Positions 62,555 to 64,000 of a DNA stretch of 64,000 nt are shown one piece after another (positions within the stretch are counted from its first letter, which is position 1; every line of letters starts with the position of its first letter). Source of the stretch: Azolla caroliniana. Taxonomy: Eukaryota; Plantae; Polypodiophyta. The position numbers were made by a program, and so were the translations under genes. The stretch lies in assembly GCA_043228905.1 (NCBI GenBank), contig JBHGNT010000007.1, positions 5,208,001-5,272,000 on the forward strand, in the 5' to 3' direction. The notes beneath the pieces were generated by a model. The model did no database searches. It had not been told where the DNA came from and saw only the letters and a list, made by a program, of their open reading frames with translations.

Positions 62555-62639
62555 CTGTTTCACAGAATTATGGGGTCAAGCACAATGCATCACAAATACT
62601 AGAACGAATTAGGGCATTACCAGATACTTTATTTTCTTG

Positions 62640-64000
62640 AATATGAATATAGCCTGAGTTCATATTATCCCATCAAACTGCTATCAGTGAGAGGTTGAAA
62701 AATGGACGAATCTTTTGGTGGGATGTTCAAGTTCACTGATCCAAACTATTCAGTTTGGAAGTCTAAAATGAGGGACATGCTAGTGTGTAAAGATCTGTGG
62801 TTGCCGGTGCAATATGGCAAGGACAGACCTGACAAGATAGATGCCCTCACTTGGGAATCCATGCATCTAAATGTAGCCGCATACATACTTCAATGATGAG
62901 ACCGAAGTAGATGTATTGTGGAAGAAGATAGGAGGTATGTTTGAGACAAACAACACTTTGAATAGAGTTTCCGTCTTTAGGAAGATAGTGAGGTTGAGAT
63001 ATCAGGATGGCTCAAGCATGGCTGAGCACCTAAATGCCTTTCAAGGGTTGATTAATAAAACCATCTCTCTAGAAATACCTCTAGCTGATGAGGTATTAGT
63101 CTTGCTGTTGCTAGGCTCTCTTCCAGACAACTGGGAGACACTTGTGGTGACTTTAGGTAACTCAACACCTCAAGGCAAACAACTGACCCTAGACATGTTG
63201 AAGCCGAGTTTGCTGAATGAAGAAGCTCGATGAAAGGACAAAGAGTCCAACTTTGACCATAAGGACTTAATCATAGAAAGTGACTCTAGTAGAGGAAGGG
63301 GCAAGTAGAAAGGTCCCCAAAACAGGGACAAGTCCAGATCTAGGTCGACGTCCAAAGGAAGGCTCTTCCAGAAGAACCAGGGCACTTCCAGAAGAACTAC
63401 CGACACTATAGAAAGGACAAAGGGGGAGCTAAGGGTGTTGAGCCGAAAAAGATTTTGGACAACAAGAACACCTTAGACATTGCTGTGAGTGAGGAGGACA
63501 TGTTGTTCGTTAGTGAACAGAATTGTGTAAACCTTGCATATGGTGAGTCCACTTGGGCAGTTGACTCAGGTGCATCATTCCATCTGACTCCCAAGAGAGA
63601 ATGTTGCTCATCCTACATAGCTGGAGACTACGGATATGTGAAGATGGGAAATAAGCATGCTTGCAAAATCGTTGGAATTGGTAATGTGTGTTTGCTGACA
63701 TCTACAGGTTGCAGAATGTATGCCATGTTCCGGATATCAGACTGAATCTGATATCAGCCAGATGGCTAGACGATGAAGGATATAATGGTAGTTTTTAGAG
63801 GGGCATGTGAAAATTCTGCAAAGGTAATCTGATAGTGGCTCATGCCCAAAAGCAAAATACACTTACGTGATGCATGCACAACTGTGCCGGAATGAGGCAA
63901 ATGTAGCAACCGAAACAGCCGGTGAGTTTTGGCACAAGAGGCTCAGCCATATGAGTCAAAGGCGAATGCAGATGCTGGCTGAAAAGGAACTCCTGCCGGA
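62640..64000 (+). mobile_element. Ty1/Copia (Tork/Tnt1-like) element, 5' part, decayed, running off the window
   Basis: LTR-end-like CCCATCA at 62675 and a degenerate tRNA-iMet PBS TGCTATCAGTG at 62679-62689. Gag NYSVWKSKMRDML and LLGSLPDNWE, protease WAVDSGASFH, and pre-integrase FWHKRLSHMS. Confidence 0.9.

Overview
Eukaryotic land-plant nuclear DNA. It is probably from a seed-free vascular plant such as a fern, inferred from gene content, intron style and the retrotransposon types. Four intron-containing host genes can be spliced by hand: TRM1 tRNA m2,2G26 methyltransferase (minus, 12 exons, one GC-AG intron), kinetochore MIS12 (minus, 7 exons), pTAC10 (plus, 13 exons) and the 3' half of GEX2 (minus). 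Between MIS12 and pTAC10 lies a ~30-kb transposon block. It holds RTE-like LINE pieces flanking a minus-strand Ty3/Gypsy element A (tRNA-Ala PBS). A carries a long repeat-bearing LTR D and a full chromovirus B (no tRNA PBS, self-priming signature). B in turn carries a full Gypsy element C (tRNA-Trp PBS, 4-bp TSD). Solo LTRs, a CACTA fold-back, an L1 remnant, MITEs and a Copia 5' end complete the window. Three signals stand out. (1) Each of the three nested Gypsy elements has its own -1 ribosomal frameshift signal (slippery heptamer plus RNA structure). (2) Both LTRs of B begin with an antisense tRNA-derived A/B-box module. (3) A dispersed ~170-bp SINE-like family carries two convergent tRNA-like heads. 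All coordinates were read by eye and no database searches were run.
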